Source of the DNA: an uncultured Eubacteriales bacterium
GTDB taxonomy: Bacteria; Actinomycetota; Coriobacteriia; Anaerosomatales; JAUVQN01
Length of the DNA stretch: 61,300 bases
NCBI GenBank assembly: GCA_964406675.1
Contig: CAYOSP010000001.1
Span: forward strand, 133,440-194,739
Direction of reading: 5' to 3'
In this document: piece after piece, positions 16,727 to 26,122 of the stretch
How positions within the stretch are numbered: position 1 is the first letter of the stretch
Layout of the letters: every line of letters begins with the position of its first letter
Translations under genes and position numbers: made by a program
Notes under the pieces: model-generated
What the model saw: the letters and a program-made list of their open reading frames with translations, nothing else
The model's database searches: none
What the model was told of the DNA's origin: nothing

Positions 16727-17038
16727 ATGGACATGTACTCGCACGATGACATCATGCTGCTCGTGGAACGGTCGCGCGAGCACTCCGGCATCCTGGACGA
16801 GGTCGCGAGCGGCCTCCACAGCCGGGACCCGGAACTCGCGGGAGATTGCGCGGAGTTGATGCGTTCGGTGGCGGAACAGGCGTCGGACGTCGTGCGCCCC
16901 TACGCGCGGTGTCTCGTAGAGGCCGCCGAGCACCCGGACGAGCGCGTGCGCGACGAGGCGCTCAGGGCGATGGCCATCCTGGGCGTCTCGGCGGACGACG
17001 TGGCGGACGAGAGCGAGCCACGGTCGTCGGACGCATGA
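16727..17038 (+). CDS. small HEAT-like helical-repeat protein, hypothetical (103 aa)
   Basis: ATG 16727 is preceded by GGAGAGG. ...CLVEAAEHPDERVRDEALRAMAILG is a HEAT-like motif. Confidence 0.5.
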   Translation: MDMYSHDDIMLLVERSREHSGILDEVASGLHSRDPELAGDCAELMRSVAEQASDVVRPYARCLVEAAEHPDERVRDEALRAMAILGVSADDVADESEPRSSDA

Positions 17039-17053
17039 TCCCGGTGGAGGGGA

Positions 17054-17500
17054 TCAGCCCTCCTCGCCGTCTTCCTCGTCGACGACCTCCACGAGCTCCA
17101 GTTCGAAAATGAGCTCCTCGCCGGCGAGCGGGTGGTTGAAGTCCAGCGTCGCTTCCTCGCCTTCGATCTCGGCGACCGTGGCCGCGAGCTCCTGGCCGTC
17201 CGGCGTCACCGCGGTGAGCATGTCGCCTTCGCCCGCCTCTTCGGGGAGCCTGTCCTTCGGGACCTGCTGGACGGCGCCTTCCTGGCGCTCTCCGTACGCG
17301 TTCTCCGGCGGGATGATGACCTGAGCCTTCTCGCCTTGCTCCATCTGCGAGACGGCCTCGTCGAATCCGCTGATCACGGAGCCTTTGCCGATCTCGAACT
17401 CGATGGGTTCTCCACGCTCGTAGCTCGAGTCGAACTGCTCGCCGCTGTTCAGCGTGCCCTTGTAGTGTACGCGCACGCGGGTGCCTTCCTCGATAGCCAT
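17054..17500 (-). CDS. slyD: FKBP-type peptidyl-prolyl cis-trans isomerase, SlyD-like (148 aa)
   Basis: MAIEEGTRVRVHYKGTLNSGEQFDSSYERGEPIEFEIGKGSVISGFDEAV..., plus an insert-in-flap region and DFNHPLAGEELIFELELVEV. The tail is acidic and not His-rich. GAGGAGG lies upstream of the ATG. Confidence 0.85.
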   Translation of the reverse strand: MAIEEGTRVRVHYKGTLNSGEQFDSSYERGEPIEFEIGKGSVISGFDEAVSQMEQGEKAQVIIPPENAYGERQEGAVQQVPKDRLPEEAGEGDMLTAVTPDGQELAATVAEIEGEEATLDFNHPLAGEELIFELELVEVVDEEDGEEG

Positions 17501-17737
17501 TCGTGCCTCCTCTGATAGTGGGCGGTCCGGTGACCGTAACACAGCGGCCACTAGGCCATCCTTCCCGTTATCCGCCGTCGGGTTCGACCGCACCCCGTCG
17601 GGGCATATACTGGATGGATACCCCGAAAGGTATTCACACCGCCCCTCACGGGGCACGCGGGCCGGAGCTTCCTCCCCCTCCCCTCCTCCGGCCCGCGCTC
17701 TACGTCCTGAAGCGGGATCCTCTTGAGAGGACCGGAT

Positions 17738-17769
17738 GCCGAAGAGGGCATGTGCCGAAGAGGGCGTGT
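17738..17769. repeat. 16-bp tandem repeat GCCGAAGAGGGC(A/G)TGT x2, followed by related purine-rich sequence
   Basis: Read directly at 17738-17753 and 17754-17769, immediately downstream of the Mrp-like operon stop at 17804. Confidence 0.85.
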
Positions 17770-17803
17770 GTCGAGGAGCGTGCGCGGAAGAGCACGTGCG
17801 CGA

Positions 17804-20440
17804 TCAGGCGAGCAGGGCGTAGACGAAGAGCAGGAGTACCGCTACCACGATCCCCACGTTGAGCCCTATGTCCCGGGCGTAGCGCTGGACCGCCAACCGG
17901 AGAGCCGTCCGACTCTCATCGGAGACGTGCTCCTCGATCATCCAGGGTATGCGCTCCTGGGTGACGGACTCGCCGACCACGCGTCCCAGATCCGAGACCC
18001 ATCGGCCGAGCCGCTCCACCATCGTCAGGTTCTCGTGATGATACGCGCTCAGTCGGCTGACCTCCGCGGGGACGACTTCCCGGGAATCCGGCTGCCACGT
18101 GGGGATCGACCGTCGGATGCGCCGGTCGAAGCGCTCCTCGCTCATGATGACGTTCATCTGGTGCGAGACGGAGCGGATGACGTTCTCGCCTTTCATCCGC
18201 GGCTCCGCGTACTCGAGCGCTACCCGCGCGATGCGTTCCCTGAACTCGCTCAGTTCCGGCATCACCCTCGACATCGCCGCCTCGATGGGCTCCACGCGGC
18301 CACGTTTCACGAGTCTGGTGAGGACGTCCATCCGCTCTCGGAAGAGCCGTCCGGCCATGTACGACGACAGGTCGCGCACCGAGTCGATGAACATGCGGCG
18401 CTCCTCGTCGTGCATGTCCTCGCGGTTCTGAGCGACGTGCAGGGCGTCGGTCACGGCCTTCCTCACGGTGGCGTGTCGCTCGTCGTCCATCACGATGTAC
18501 GCGGAATCGATGAAGCGCTGGTGTCTCAGCCCGGAGGCGCCGGTGCCGAGCGTGACGATGGAGCGCCGCCAGGACCGCGAGGCGTGGTCGAGGCCGGCAC
18601 GCAGGGTGGTGCGCGTGTCGTTGACGGCTACGGACGCGGCGTCGAGGTACGCGGCGTAGCCGCGATCCATCGCGACGGCGCCCTGCCGCGATAGTCTCGC
18701 GCCCTGCCGGTAGAAGTAGTCCACGGAGAACCACTCCGGGAAGTGGGCATGGAACGCCCCCGTCTTGATGCCGACCACCACGATGGTGATCCCGATCCCG
18801 AACGCCCAGGCCACGGAGGCGAGGTTCTCGCCGGTGAACAGGACGAACTCCTCGAGGATGTCGCCGTGCAGCCCCCAGACGTGCAGGCCGGGCACGAAGA
18901 TCCCCTCGAGGAGGAGCTGCGGCCACAGTCCGAGCACCACCAGCGGGACGGCGAGGATCCCCATCGCCACGAGCATGCGCGGCGGCGCCTCTCGGACCTC
19001 GCCGAGGTCGGTCTTCTCCTTGCCGAGGAAGACGAAGAGGATGAGCTTGATGAAGGACGCGGCGGTCCCACCGCAGGTCACGATGTATATCTTCTCGGCG
19101 AAGGACAGCGCTCCCGCATGCCAGGCGGGGACCATCGCCTCGGCCGCGTGCGCGAGGTGCTCCGCGTGCTCGATCGATTCGACGAGCGCGTGATGGATGA
19201 GGCACTTGCTCACGAACCCGTTGAACAGCGGCACGCCGGTGATGCCGAACGCGGCGACGAGCGTGAAGATGAAGGTGAGGGGCATCTTCTTCCACAGACC
19301 GCCGAGCTTGTACATGTTGAGCTCGCGGGTCCGGAAGAACACCGCGCCCACCCCGAGGAAGAGCAGCCCCTTGAAGAGCGCGTGATTCACGATGTGGTAC
19401 AGCCCGCCGGCGAACCCCATGGCCCCGTGGGCGCCCAGGTATCCGGCGGCGCCGATCCCGGCCAGGATGAAGCCCATCTGGCTCACGCTGTGGTAGGCGA
19501 GCATGCGCTTCGCGTTCTCCTGCAGCAGCGCGAGCACCACGCCGACGAACATGGTCGCGATGCCGATCCACAGCACGGCGTGGCCGAGTTGGCCGGCGAA
19601 GTGCCACAACCCCTCGGAGAGCTCCTCGACCACCGGCGGGCGGAAGATCGCGGTGACGACGCGGAAGATCCCGTACGCGCCCGCCTTGATCATCACGCCG
19701 GAGAGCAGCGCGCTCGCCGGCGACGGCGCGACGGGATGCGCTTCGGGCAACCACACGTGCACCGGGAGCATGCCCGCCTTCACGCCGAACCCGAGGATCA
19801 TCAGCCCGGCCGCCGACCAGCGCATGACCTCGGCGGCCTCCTCGGCCCCGAACGGGCCGATCGTGCCGCCGGAGCCCATCGCGTATACGAGGAAGATGCC
19901 CGCCACCAGGCTGAACCCGCCGACCAGGTTCATCCACAGGTACTTCACCGAGGCCTTCTTCGCCTCGGGGGTCTCGGTGTGGACGACCATCATGTACGAG
20001 GTCAGGCCCAGCGCCTCGAAGAACAGGTAGAGCGTGATCAGGTCGCCGGCGAGCACGACCCCGAGGTTGGCCGCGAGCACGATCAGGTTGAACACGTGGT
20101 AGCGGTCGCGCTTCTTCTCGTGCTGCATGTAGTCGCCCGCGTACAGGGTGGCGAGCATCCACACGAACGAGGTGAACAGCGCGAAGAGCATCCCGAACGG
20201 GTCGACCTCGAAGGTGAGCTCGCCGAAGAGCCCGGGGAGCGTGCAGCCGATCCGGTGGTGCTCGGCGATCTGGGGGATGAGCGCTACCGCGCCGAGGAAG
20301 GTGATCGCCGTGACGACCGTGGCGTACCAGTCCCGCACCGTCTCCGAGAGACGGCCGAGGAACGGGACGAGGGCGGCGGCGAGCGCGGGCACCAGGACCA
20401 GCAGCGCGGGGAGCGGGCTGTATGCGAGGTGTCCTTCCAT
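17804..20440 (-). CDS. mrpA: NuoL/MrpA-N-terminal-like antiporter subunit with a ~290-aa hydrophilic insertion before the last TM helix (878 aa)
   Basis: Motif GVKAGMLPVHVWLPEAHPVAPSPASALLSGVMIKAG. About 15 TM helices up to residue ~560. A charged, helix-prone segment spans ~565-858. A terminal TM helix is GLNVGIVVAVLLLFVYALLA. GGAAGGAGGG lies 6 nt upstream of the ATG. Confidence 0.8.
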   Translation of the reverse strand: MEGHLAYSPLPALLVLVPALAAALVPFLGRLSETVRDWYATVVTAITFLGAVALIPQIAEHHRIGCTLPGLFGELTFEVDPFGMLFALFTSFVWMLATLYAGDYMQHEKKRDRYHVFNLIVLAANLGVVLAGDLITLYLFFEALGLTSYMMVVHTETPEAKKASVKYLWMNLVGGFSLVAGIFLVYAMGSGGTIGPFGAEEAAEVMRWSAAGLMILGFGVKAGMLPVHVWLPEAHPVAPSPASALLSGVMIKAGAYGIFRVVTAIFRPPVVEELSEGLWHFAGQLGHAVLWIGIATMFVGVVLALLQENAKRMLAYHSVSQMGFILAGIGAAGYLGAHGAMGFAGGLYHIVNHALFKGLLFLGVGAVFFRTRELNMYKLGGLWKKMPLTFIFTLVAAFGITGVPLFNGFVSKCLIHHALVESIEHAEHLAHAAEAMVPAWHAGALSFAEKIYIVTCGGTAASFIKLILFVFLGKEKTDLGEVREAPPRMLVAMGILAVPLVVLGLWPQLLLEGIFVPGLHVWGLHGDILEEFVLFTGENLASVAWAFGIGITIVVVGIKTGAFHAHFPEWFSVDYFYRQGARLSRQGAVAMDRGYAAYLDAASVAVNDTRTTLRAGLDHASRSWRRSIVTLGTGASGLRHQRFIDSAYIVMDDERHATVRKAVTDALHVAQNREDMHDEERRMFIDSVRDLSSYMAGRLFRERMDVLTRLVKRGRVEPIEAAMSRVMPELSEFRERIARVALEYAEPRMKGENVIRSVSHQMNVIMSEERFDRRIRRSIPTWQPDSREVVPAEVSRLSAYHHENLTMVERLGRWVSDLGRVVGESVTQERIPWMIEEHVSDESRTALRLAVQRYARDIGLNVGIVVAVLLLFVYALLA

Positions 20441-20469
20441 GCTGCGCCCTCCTTCCGGTCAGTCGTCCG

Positions 20470-22071
20470 TCACCCGATGACGGCCTCGGCCACCATCCGC
20501 GCGAGCGAGAGAGGCAGCCCCGGCAGCCAGGCGAGCACGCCCAGCAGGACCGTGATGATCGCGCCGGCGAGAGCCGGGACGAGCATCGAGGGAGGCGCCT
20601 CGAGCCGCCGCCGGCCGCCGCCGGGCGGCTCCTTCTCGCTCGCATCGCTCGCCGTGCCTGTCTCGCTCGTCTCGCCCGAGCCGCCCGAGCCGCGCGTCTC
20701 TTCCGCCTCGCTCGCTCCGCCCGGTGCGGTTGTCTCGCTCACCGCCGGACGCTTGAAGTATGCCGAGTACACGATCGGGAGGAGGTAGCCCGCCGCGAGC
20801 AGCGCTCCGAGCAGGAGCACGATGAGGTAGAGGGGCTGGCCCGCCTCCACGATCCCCATGCCCAGGTACCACTTGCTCACGAAGCCCGACAGCGGCGGCG
20901 TGCCGATCATCGCGAGTGAGGCGACGGTGAACGCCGCCATGGTGAGCGGCACCCGCTTGCCGATGCCCGCCATGCGGCTCACCTTGCGGATGCCGAGACG
21001 TTTGATGAAGATGCCGGCACAGAGGAACAGGGTGCCCTTCATGAACGCGTGGTTGGCGATGTGCACGAGCGAGCCCTGCGTCGCCTCCAGTCCGAGCAGG
21101 GCGGCTCCGAGCAGGACGTATCCCATCTGCGAGATCGTCGAGTACGCGAGTCTGCGCTTGATGTCGTCCTGGGTGAGCGCGATGATCGCCGCGAGCAGGA
21201 TGGTCGCCGCGGCGAGGTAGCCGAGCCAGCGGGTCACGTCGAGCTCCGCGAGCAGGCCGGCGCCGAACACGTGGTACAGCACTCGGAGGATGCCGAAGCT
21301 GCCCGCGGCCACCATCACGCCCGAGAGTACCGCCGAGAACGGCGCGGGCGCGGCCGGGTGAGCGTCCGGGACCCAGCCGTGCAGCGGCACGATCGCCGCC
21401 TTCACCCCGAAGCCGGCGACGAAGCACCAGAAGACGGCGATGAGTACGGTACGGCCGGCCTCGAGCGTGAGGAGCGTCCCTCCCCCGAAGTCACCGTTGC
21501 CGGCGATGAAGTACGTGATCAGGATGGCGAGCAGCACGAGTCCGCCGCCGATGAGGATGTACACGATGTACTTCGTGCCGGCGGCCATCGCCTCGCTCGT
21601 CTGCTCGTGGACGACCAGCGGGTACGTGAGGACCGAGAAGAGCTCGTAGAAGACGAGCAGGGTCAGCAGGTTGCCCGCGAACGCCACGCCCGCCGTCCAG
21701 GCGAGCGCCATCATGAGGAACGAGAAGTATCGCGCCTGCCGATGTTCGTCGGCCATATATCCGGACGAGTACGGGACCGCGAGCAGCCACATGAAGGCGA
21801 CGGTGAGCGCGAAGAGCACCCCCAGCGCGTCGGCGCGGAAGTCGAGCCAGATGCCGGGCGTGATCTGCACCAGTTGCAGGTGCGGGATCTCCCCGCCGAT
21901 CACGGGGGAGACCAACGCGACCACGCCGGCCGCGCACAGCGCGCAGATCGCCGTCAGCACGACGTCGCGCATCGTCCTGGACACGCGCGACATCGGCACG
22001 GTGAGCGCGGCGCCTGCCAGCGGCAGCGCCACCACCACCGGCATCACCCATGCCATGTACGACGTCGTCAC
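20470..22071 (-). CDS. mrpD: MrpD/NuoN-like antiporter subunit, third copy (533 aa)
   Basis: Motif GVKAAIVPLHGWVPDAHPAAPAPFSAVLSG. Polytopic, with a Ser/Thr/Glu/Gly-rich loop before the last helix. Confidence 0.85.
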   Translation of the reverse strand: MTTSYMAWVMPVVVALPLAGAALTVPMSRVSRTMRDVVLTAICALCAAGVVALVSPVIGGEIPHLQLVQITPGIWLDFRADALGVLFALTVAFMWLLAVPYSSGYMADEHRQARYFSFLMMALAWTAGVAFAGNLLTLLVFYELFSVLTYPLVVHEQTSEAMAAGTKYIVYILIGGGLVLLAILITYFIAGNGDFGGGTLLTLEAGRTVLIAVFWCFVAGFGVKAAIVPLHGWVPDAHPAAPAPFSAVLSGVMVAAGSFGILRVLYHVFGAGLLAELDVTRWLGYLAAATILLAAIIALTQDDIKRRLAYSTISQMGYVLLGAALLGLEATQGSLVHIANHAFMKGTLFLCAGIFIKRLGIRKVSRMAGIGKRVPLTMAAFTVASLAMIGTPPLSGFVSKWYLGMGIVEAGQPLYLIVLLLGALLAAGYLLPIVYSAYFKRPAVSETTAPGGASEAEETRGSGGSGETSETGTASDASEKEPPGGGRRRLEAPPSMLVPALAGAIITVLLGVLAWLPGLPLSLARMVAEAVIG

Positions 22072-22084
22072 GGCGGATCACCCC

Positions 22085-23560
22085 TCACATGCGGAAGACG
22101 AACTCGACGGCCGCCCTCGCCAGCGACAGCGGCAGCCCCGGCACTTCGGCGAAGCTGCCGAGGAGGATCACGTACACGGCGCAGACGACGGTGGGAATGA
22201 GCAGCGTCGGCCTCGCCTCGCGCATCTCGACGTGTGCGTCCGGGTCGGTCTTGAAGAACGCGAGGTAGACGATGGGCAGCCAGTAGGCCGCGTTCAGCAG
22301 CGAGCTGATCACCATCACCACCACGAAGATCGGCTGCTCGGCCTCGAGCGCCCCCAGCGACAGGTACCACTTGCTGATGAACCCCGAGAAGATGGGCAGG
22401 CCGATGAAGCTGAGTGCGGCGATCGTGAACGCGGTCATCGTCCAGGGCATCCGGTAGCCGATCCCCGCGAGCTCGTGCACGTTCGTCTTGCCGGTCGTGC
22501 GCTGTATGGCGCCCGCGACGAAGAACATGGTGATCTTCTGGAAGGCCTGGTTCGCGATGTGCACGATCGCGGCCAGGGCTGACAGCGGGGTGAGCAGCGC
22601 AGCGCCGAGCACGATGTAGGAGAGCTGCGAGATGGTCGAGTATGCGAGCCGGCGCTTGAGGTTGTCCTGCATGATCGCGATCACGGAGGCCGCCACGATG
22701 GTGAACCCGGCGAGGTAGGCGAGCGGCAGGCCCAGCCCGAGCTCGGAGAGCAGGTCGACGCCGAACACGTTGTAGATGATGCGCAGGATGCCGAACGCAC
22801 CCGCTTTGACCACCGCCACCGCATGTAGCAGCGCGCTCACCGGCGTGGGCGCCACCATCGCCGAGGGCAGCCATCCGTGCAGCGGCATGATGCCGGCCTT
22901 CACCCCGAAGCCCGCCATGAAGCAGACGAAGAGCACGGTCAGCATGCCGCTGCCGACGTCCATGGTGAGGATGCCGGGCTCGGCGAGGGTGAGCGTGCCG
23001 GCCGCCTGGAAGGTGATCGCCGTCCCGATGAGGATGAAGGCCCCGCCGGTGAGCGTGTACACGAGGTACTTGCGCCCCGCCTTCATCGCCTCGGGTGTCT
23101 CGTCGTGTATGACCAGCGGATACGTGCAGATGGTGAGCATCTCGTAGAAGAGCAGCAGCGTGAGCAGGTTCTCGGAGAAGGCCAGGCCGACGGTGGTCGA
23201 CACGCAGAGCGCGAAGAATCCGAAGAACCTCACCTTGGCGTGCTCGGGCTCCATGTAGCCGATGGCGTACACGGTGGTCAGCAGCCACAGCGTCGAGGAC
23301 ACGAGTGCGAAGAACATCCCCAGCGCGTCGGCACGGAACCCGAGACCGATGCCCGGGGTGAACTCGATGAGCCTGAACACGTAGACCGTGCCGTCCATCG
23401 CGCCCGGCAGCATGCTGATGACCACGGCGAACTTCACCAGCGCGGCGGTGAGACTCCAGAAACGCCGCCAGAACGGCCGCGCCCCGAAGCCGAACACGAG
23501 ACCGGCGCACGCCAGCGAGAGCAGCGGCGCGAGCATCGGTCGCAGGTCGTGGACCTCCAC
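22085..23560 (-). CDS. mrpD: MrpD/NuoN-like antiporter subunit, second copy (491 aa)
   Basis: Motif GVKAGIMPLHGWLPSAMVAPTPVSALLHAVAVVKAG. Polytopic. Confidence 0.85.
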   Translation of the reverse strand: MEVHDLRPMLAPLLSLACAGLVFGFGARPFWRRFWSLTAALVKFAVVISMLPGAMDGTVYVFRLIEFTPGIGLGFRADALGMFFALVSSTLWLLTTVYAIGYMEPEHAKVRFFGFFALCVSTTVGLAFSENLLTLLLFYEMLTICTYPLVIHDETPEAMKAGRKYLVYTLTGGAFILIGTAITFQAAGTLTLAEPGILTMDVGSGMLTVLFVCFMAGFGVKAGIMPLHGWLPSAMVAPTPVSALLHAVAVVKAGAFGILRIIYNVFGVDLLSELGLGLPLAYLAGFTIVAASVIAIMQDNLKRRLAYSTISQLSYIVLGAALLTPLSALAAIVHIANQAFQKITMFFVAGAIQRTTGKTNVHELAGIGYRMPWTMTAFTIAALSFIGLPIFSGFISKWYLSLGALEAEQPIFVVVMVISSLLNAAYWLPIVYLAFFKTDPDAHVEMREARPTLLIPTVVCAVYVILLGSFAEVPGLPLSLARAAVEFVFRM

Positions 23561-23563
23561 GGC

Positions 23564-25057
23564 TCAGCCCCCTATCGGCGCGAGCAGCGCGTTCACCGCA
23601 GGCTCGATGAAGCTCAGCGGTATCCGTCCGAACACGCCCATCACCAGGCACAGCGCGGCGAGCACGAGGATCGGGGCGAGCATGCTCCCCGGGACCTCGC
23701 GCACCGCCGCCATCTCCGAGGTGACCGGTTCCTTGAAGTAGAAGGCGTTCACGATGCGGATGTAGTAGACGAAGATGAGCAGAGCGCCGAAGACCAGGAC
23801 GAAGGCGAACAGCGGCTTGCCCGCCTCGATGGCTCCCAGCGTGATGTACCACTTGCAGAGGAAGCCCGCGGTCGGCGGTATGCCGACGATCGAGACCGCT
23901 CCGATCGCGATGGCGGCCGATGTGATCGGCATCGCCTTGCCGACCCCCTGCAGGTCCCGCAGTCTCCGGTGGCCGGTCTGGTGGATGATCGCGCCGGCGC
24001 CGAGGAAGAGCGTCGCCTTGATGAGTGCGTGGTTGAAGATGTGCACGCTCGCGCCGATGATGCTCAGTTGCGAGGCCAGCCCGAGTCCCATGAAGATGTA
24101 GCCGATGTTCGAGATGGTCGAGTAGGCGAGGATGAGCTTGAGGTCGTCCTGCACGATGGCGAATAGCGCGCCGATGATGATCGAGGCCGCGCCGAGCCAC
24201 GTGAGCGCGGTGTTCAGTCCGTCCATGTCCAGCACGCCGGACTGGTAGTACATCTGGTAGAGCCGCAGCATGCCGAGCACGCCGACCTTGACGACCAGTC
24301 CGGAGAGGATCGCGCTGACCGGGCTGGGCGCGATCGCGTGCGCGTCGGGCAACCAGACGTGCATCGGGAACAGTGCCGCCTTGACGCCGAACCCGAGGGT
24401 GAGGCCGGCGGCGGCGACCGCCGCCGGGGTGGCGGGCACGCCTCCGAGCCGTGCGGCGATGTCACCCATGTTGAGCGTGCCGGTGAGCGCGTAGAGGAAG
24501 CCGGTGCTGAAGAGGATCATCAGCGAGGAGACGGCACCCATGATCAGGTACTTGAACGCCGCGAGTTCGGCCACGCCCTTGCCGGTCACCGCCACGAGCG
24601 CGTAGCTGGAGAGCGAGAGGATCTCGACGAAGACGAAGAAGTTGAACAGGTCCCCGGTGACGATGACCCCGATCACGCCGCCGAGATCGAGGAGGACGAG
24701 CGAGTAGAAGTAGGGGACGCGCGCCTCGGGGATGGCGTGCGGCACGTAGCGCCGGGAGAACCACAGGGAGAGCAGGCCGATCAGGCACACCACTCCCACC
24801 GCGGAGGAGAACTCGTCGAAGCGCAACTCGATGCCGAACGGGGGCTCCCAGTCGCCCATCTCATAGGAGAAGGGGCCGTCGATCGCGACCTTCGCGATCA
24901 GGAATCCGCAGGCGACCGAGGCGAGCCCCATGACCGCCATCGCCCAACGCCAGGCGGTCTCGGCGCTGCGCCTGCCCACGATCGGGGCGACGGCGGCGCC
25001 CGCGAGCGGGAGCGCCACCGCCGCGATCAGCCACTGCGAGCTCAGCAGCGGCCCCAT
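23564..25057 (-). CDS. mrpD: MrpD/NuoN-like antiporter subunit, first copy (497 aa)
   Basis: Motif GVKAALFPMHVWLPDAHAIAPSPVSAILSGLVVKVG. The start lies 1 nt after the mrpC stop. Confidence 0.85.
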   Translation of the reverse strand: MGPLLSSQWLIAAVALPLAGAAVAPIVGRRSAETAWRWAMAVMGLASVACGFLIAKVAIDGPFSYEMGDWEPPFGIELRFDEFSSAVGVVCLIGLLSLWFSRRYVPHAIPEARVPYFYSLVLLDLGGVIGVIVTGDLFNFFVFVEILSLSSYALVAVTGKGVAELAAFKYLIMGAVSSLMILFSTGFLYALTGTLNMGDIAARLGGVPATPAAVAAAGLTLGFGVKAALFPMHVWLPDAHAIAPSPVSAILSGLVVKVGVLGMLRLYQMYYQSGVLDMDGLNTALTWLGAASIIIGALFAIVQDDLKLILAYSTISNIGYIFMGLGLASQLSIIGASVHIFNHALIKATLFLGAGAIIHQTGHRRLRDLQGVGKAMPITSAAIAIGAVSIVGIPPTAGFLCKWYITLGAIEAGKPLFAFVLVFGALLIFVYYIRIVNAFYFKEPVTSEMAAVREVPGSMLAPILVLAALCLVMGVFGRIPLSFIEPAVNALLAPIGG

Positions 25058-25058
25058 G

Positions 25059-25412
25059 TCACTCGGCCCCCCACAGCTCGTCCGACTCGAGCGTCCCGTA
25101 GCGCCGGTAGATGCGCACCATGAGGGCGAGAGCGAGCGAGGTCGTGCTCACCGCCACGACGATACCGGTGAGGATCAGCGCCTGCGGCAGCGGGTTGGCG
25201 AACGGGGCGGCGGCGCCCTCGCCGACGATCGGGGCGTCGCCGTCGGCGATCATGCCCGCCGCGATGATGAAGGCGAACACGGCGGTCTCCATGATGTTGA
25301 TCCCCATGAACTTCTTGATGAGGTTGTGCTTGGAGATGACCGTGTACAGCCCGATGAGGAACAGCACCACGGAGGCCACGTAGTCGAGGTTCATCCAGAG
25401 TCGCTCGATCAT
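25059..25412 (-). CDS. mrpC: MrpC/MnhC (NuoK-like) subunit (117 aa)
   Basis: MIERLWMNLDYVASVVLFLIGLYTVISKHNLIKKFMGINIMETAVFAFII... has three TM helices. There is an ATGA overlap with the upstream cistron. Confidence 0.85.
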   Translation of the reverse strand: MIERLWMNLDYVASVVLFLIGLYTVISKHNLIKKFMGINIMETAVFAFIIAAGMIADGDAPIVGEGAAAPFANPLPQALILTGIVVAVSTTSLALALMVRIYRRYGTLESDELWGAE

Positions 25413-26122
25413 GTGCGACCCTCCATCCGCCAGAACAGGGAGGCGACGATGGATCCGCCGCCGACGGCGATCCCCGCCTCGAGGACCAGCATCGCGAGTT
25501 CGCGGACCAGCTCGTAGTCCTCGGCGCGCGGGAGCTCCAGGTAGGAACCCAGCCACAGCAGACCGGATACGCCGACCACGAAGAAGGCGAGGACCGCGGC
25601 CGCGTGCAGCCAGGTCCGGACGGCGCGCGGGAGGAGTCTCGCGGCCTGGCGGCGGCCGAGGACGAGGCTCACCACGATGACGACCGAGCCGAGGACGGCG
25701 CCGCCCTGGAAGCCCCCTCCGGGAGTGAGGTGGCCGTGCATGACCAGGGAGATGGAGAACAGCACGATGAAGGGCGCCGTCAGGCGCACCACGAACGCGA
25801 GTACCGGACTGACGGGCATGGTCGGTTCGCCCGAGCCTTCGTCCTCGTCGACGGTCCTCGCGGCGAGTACCGCCATCACCGCGGCGAGCGCGGTGAAGAT
25901 GACGGTCACCTCGCCGTAGGTGTCGAAGGCGCGGTAGTTGAGGATGACGTCGGTGACGATGTTCGGGCCGCCCGCCTCCTCGGCGCCCTTCTCGAGGTAG
26001 CGAGGCACCACGTGGGTGTACGCGGGGGTGTCGGTGGCGCCGATCTCCGGCAGCTCGGCGACCGCGGCGAGCAGGGGGACCGCGGCGACGAGCAGCAGCG
26101 CGATGATCGAGGCGCGTCTCAA
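25409..26122 (-). CDS. mrpB: MrpB/MnhB-like subunit (fused MbhE+MbhF-like, ~237 aa)
   Basis: MnhB-domain motifs NIVTDVILNYRAFDTYGEVTV and HGHLTPGGGFQGGAVLG. The start is placed at TTG 26122, overlapping the upstream stop (TTGA), and is uncertain. Confidence 0.75.
   Translation of the reverse strand: MRRASIIALLLVAAVPLLAAVAELPEIGATDTPAYTHVVPRYLEKGAEEAGGPNIVTDVILNYRAFDTYGEVTVIFTALAAVMAVLAARTVDEDEGSGEPTMPVSPVLAFVVRLTAPFIVLFSISLVMHGHLTPGGGFQGGAVLGSVVIVVSLVLGRRQAARLLPRAVRTWLHAAAVLAFFVVGVSGLLWLGSYLELPRAEDYELVRELAMLVLEAGIAVGGGSIVASLFWRMEGRT

Noticed and set aside
17738-17801. CRISPR array
   Set aside because: The 16-bp units are directly adjacent with no spacers, there are only two good copies, and there are no cas genes. 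The same applies to the 16-bp duplication at 16657-16688 and the 30-bp coding repeat at 32434-32515.
17916-24200. Several 680-910-aa ORFs (17916-20645 minus, 18743-20788 plus, 22068-24200 minus, 22877-24166 plus, 21049-22200 plus)
   Set aside because: These are alternative or antisense frames of the antiporter-subunit genes. They are hydrophilic and Arg/Gly/His-rich, whereas the accepted frames give polytopic membrane proteins with NuoL/M/N motifs.
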